Assembly (NCBI RefSeq): GCF_044704955.1
Contig: NC_091999.1
Span: 58,280,001 to 58,344,000 of the forward strand
Source: Pristiophorus japonicus
Lineage: Eukaryota
Direction: 5' to 3'
Length of the DNA stretch: 64,000 nucleotides
The notes beneath the pieces are model-generated. The model made no database searches and was not told the origin of the DNA. It worked only from the letters and a program-made list of their open reading frames with translations. Each line of letters begins with the position of its first letter. The first letter of the stretch is position 1. This document shows positions 61,135-64,000 of the stretch, piece after piece. The position numbers and the translations under genes were made by a program.

Positions 61135-63220
61135 ATACATGCAATGATGGAAAGGTTAAGACCATCTGGTCCATTGAGCCTGTCCCACGCCGCCCGAAAC
61201 CATGTGATCTCCTGGAAGTAGCAAAAGTCTGATTAAAAACCCAGGCCAATTTGGGGGAAGAAATTTGGCAAATTCTTCTCTGATCCATCTAGATGATCGA
61301 AACTAGTCCAGGTGATTACTCTGGCCTTGAATTCCCTGCAGTACCTCCCTTCTATAACATGTGATCTCTACCGCAGCCAGAAACAAATCCTGCTTTCACT
61401 TGAGGAATTCAGTGAGTCTGCATTCATTACATGAAACGACAGATTGTACAGTGATCTACTATCTTCTGGGAAAAGATCCACCTCCTGACATCTAACCTAG
61501 ATCTAGTCCTATACAACTTAAATGTGTGATACCTGGTCCAACCTAACCTATTTAATTGAAATTAACTATCGGTTGGAAAACCTTCTATTTCCTTCATTAT
61601 TATATAAACCTCAATCAGATCCCCCCTAAGTCTACGCTGATCTAAGGAATTGAGTACCAACTCATTCAACCTATATTGGTAATTAAAATGCTTTATACTT
61701 GGAAATAGCCTCGTGACCCTCTTGTTCTTCTTTTCAGAGTGTCAATATCACCGATCATGTGAGGAGGACAAAACTGGACACAGTATTCAAAGCTCGGTCT
61801 GATTAACGCCTTGTTCAAGGACATAACAGTATACGTCCTATTATAATCAAAAGTCATTTGGATACACCCCGATGCCTTATTTGCTGTAACTATCACTGCA
61901 CGGCATTGCTCATGTAACTTTAAGGATGTATGTACTAGAATGCGCAATTCCATTTCTATCTGCGCCAACTTTAATACCTTTCCCTGGAGGGTGTAAGAAT
62001 GTGAACATTTGCCCTAACTACATGCATAAATATGCACTTATCTAAGTTGTACATAATTTTCCAGCCTTGAGCATAATCTAACAGCACATTAAGATCTGCC
62101 TGAAGCAGTCAAGCATCTGCTATAATTCAAAATCTCACTCAGATCTTGGTATCATCTGCAAATTTAAAAGTTTTGCGCGCAATCCCAAAATCTAGATCAT
62201 TATTAAAAATAGTAAAACACAATATACCCAACACTGACCCCTGCGGGACACCACGGGTGACTAGTCTACAATCAGATTCAAATCCATCAATTATTACTTT
62301 TTGACTGTTTCCTGCCAGCCAGTTCTGAATCCAACTCAATATATTTCAACGTATACCAGAGGCTCCGGTCTTATACAAAAGCCTTTTGTTCGGTATTTTT
62401 CAAAATGTTTTGGGAAATCTGAGTGGACAATGTCTACTGGGCTTCCCTGATCCACAAACTTCGTAACTGTTTCAAAAAATACAATTAGATTTGTGAGATA
62501 CTACCTCTTTTTTATGAAGTCATATTAGTATGCCGAAAATGTCCCTCCCTATCCAAGTATTCTTAAATCCCTTATGTTTGCTTCAAGCATCTTACATATT
62601 ACTGATGTTAAACTGATGGGCCTATAGTTGCCCGAGTCTGTCTTGTCACCTATTTCAAAAATGGGGTCTGCATTAGTCTCCATCCAATCTGTAGGAACCA
62701 TTCAAGAGAGCAGTGAGCTATTATAAATACAGGCCAGCAGCTCTCACAGCTCATGTCTTATCTCCCAGAGGACCATCAGGTGGATATCATCCAGCGCGGC
62801 TGCTCTGTCTATTTTCAAGTTCTTAATTATTTTTACCCTAACGTTTTTATCTTTGGTAATGCTGCTAACAAAACTAGTAGAATTAAATTTTAAAATCGAG
62901 AATCATTTTCAAGGGTGAAGACTGATGCAAAGTACAAATGTAATATTTCCACCATTCTTAGTGATTCCTTTGAAACCTGCCCTTGAACACCCTTCAGTGG
63001 CCCAATACAATCTTTGATAAGTCTCTGATTCACCACGTAAAGAAAAATGCTGATCCCATTACTGCCACAGTTGTCTACAAACCATTAGTCCATTAGTGTT
63101 TGATGATGTGATAGCAGCCATCATTTTCTTTAGCTGTTTCCTGTATTCAACCCTGTTTATTTGAGTATTGCATGTTTTAATTGATAAAACACGTTTCTGT
63201 TTACATCTTATTTGTCTGTC
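61135..63220 (-). mobile_element. Old CR1-clade LINE fragment (different subfamily)
   Basis: [25 protein letters not shown]; ALIRPSFEYCVQF. Confidence 0.85.
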
Positions 63221-63446
63221 TCGTTGTACCATCCCGATTATTGATTTATCGGATGATGAGGGATGTGCTTTATAATTTTCGCACCCCTTCTGCCGTATGA
63301 CGGTTTGCTGCAGAACAAGGGGTGCTCTGTCCAAAGATAGCACCACCTACTACACTATGACTGCTTTATTGCAGGATGGGAGACAAAAGTTATCATTAGA
63401 TCACACAACTGCTTTCTCCCATTGAGATAATTTGGGTCTGATTAAG

Positions 63447-63757
63447 GAACATAACAAACCATTAGAAATAGGAGCAGGAGTAGGCCCTATGCCTCTCGAG
63501 CTTGCTCTGCCATTCAATAAATTCATGATTGATCATCGAACTCAACTCCACTTTCCTGCACAATCTTCATATCCCCAGATTCCCCATAGACTCCAAAAAT
63601 CTATCTACCTCAGTCTTGAATATATTCAGAGATTCGGGATCCACAGCCCGATGAGGCCGAGAATTCAAAAGATTCACAACCCTCTGAGTGAAGAAATTCC
63701 TCCTCATCTCGATCCTAAATGGGCTTCCCCTTATCCTGAGACTGTGCCCCATAGTTC
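63447..63757 (-). mobile_element. CR1 3'-end fragment
   Basis: GHSLRIRGSPFRIEMRRNFFTQRVVNL plus 3'UTR. Confidence 0.85.
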
Positions 63758-64000
63758 AAAAGAAAACACCAGGAATTGAACTCGGACCTCTATGCTGTGT
63801 ATGGTTTTATGCCATCTTCGAATGTCCAGATGGAGATTTACATTATATTTTCCTTGGAAAGATATGGAAGTCTTTTTTCCCCTGCCACATGGTGCAATAT
63901 TCATTGGAAGTTATTGTAATGTAGAAAAGGTGAACTCGAAAATGGCTGCCTTAATTTGTTTGTTTCAATGACCGTAGCTCACAATAAAATTGCATAATCT

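Overview
This is eukaryotic, repeat-dense DNA from a cartilaginous fish, inferred from shark-type IgM/TCR sequences and the CR1, L2, RTE and SINE repeats. It is a decaying antigen-receptor region, and most of the biology is invisible in the ORF track because it consists of spliced, disabled exons. Manual reading finds: (i) three T-cell-receptor alpha/delta-type V pseudogenes, each with a 23-bp-spacer RSS (two on the minus strand, one inverted; one split by a full-length 4.5-kb CR1 LINE); (ii) directly beside them, the 3' half of an IgM heavy-chain constant gene on the minus strand (Cmu3 disabled, Cmu4 plus secretory tail still open, TM1 disabled, TM2), with no Cmu1/Cmu2/J/D/VH seen in the ~42 kb upstream; (iii) a single-exon P2Y-like class A GPCR pseudogene cut by a CR1 exactly at its DRY motif; (iv) a possible fourth, highly decayed and partly duplicated V relic. 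The rest is nested CR1 LINEs, a Gypsy LTR element, a solo LTR inside an RTE LINE, L2/SINE remnants, minisatellites and local segmental duplications. The most notable observation is an IgM constant-region remnant physically next to TCR V segments. All translations and counts were done by hand, and no database searches were run.
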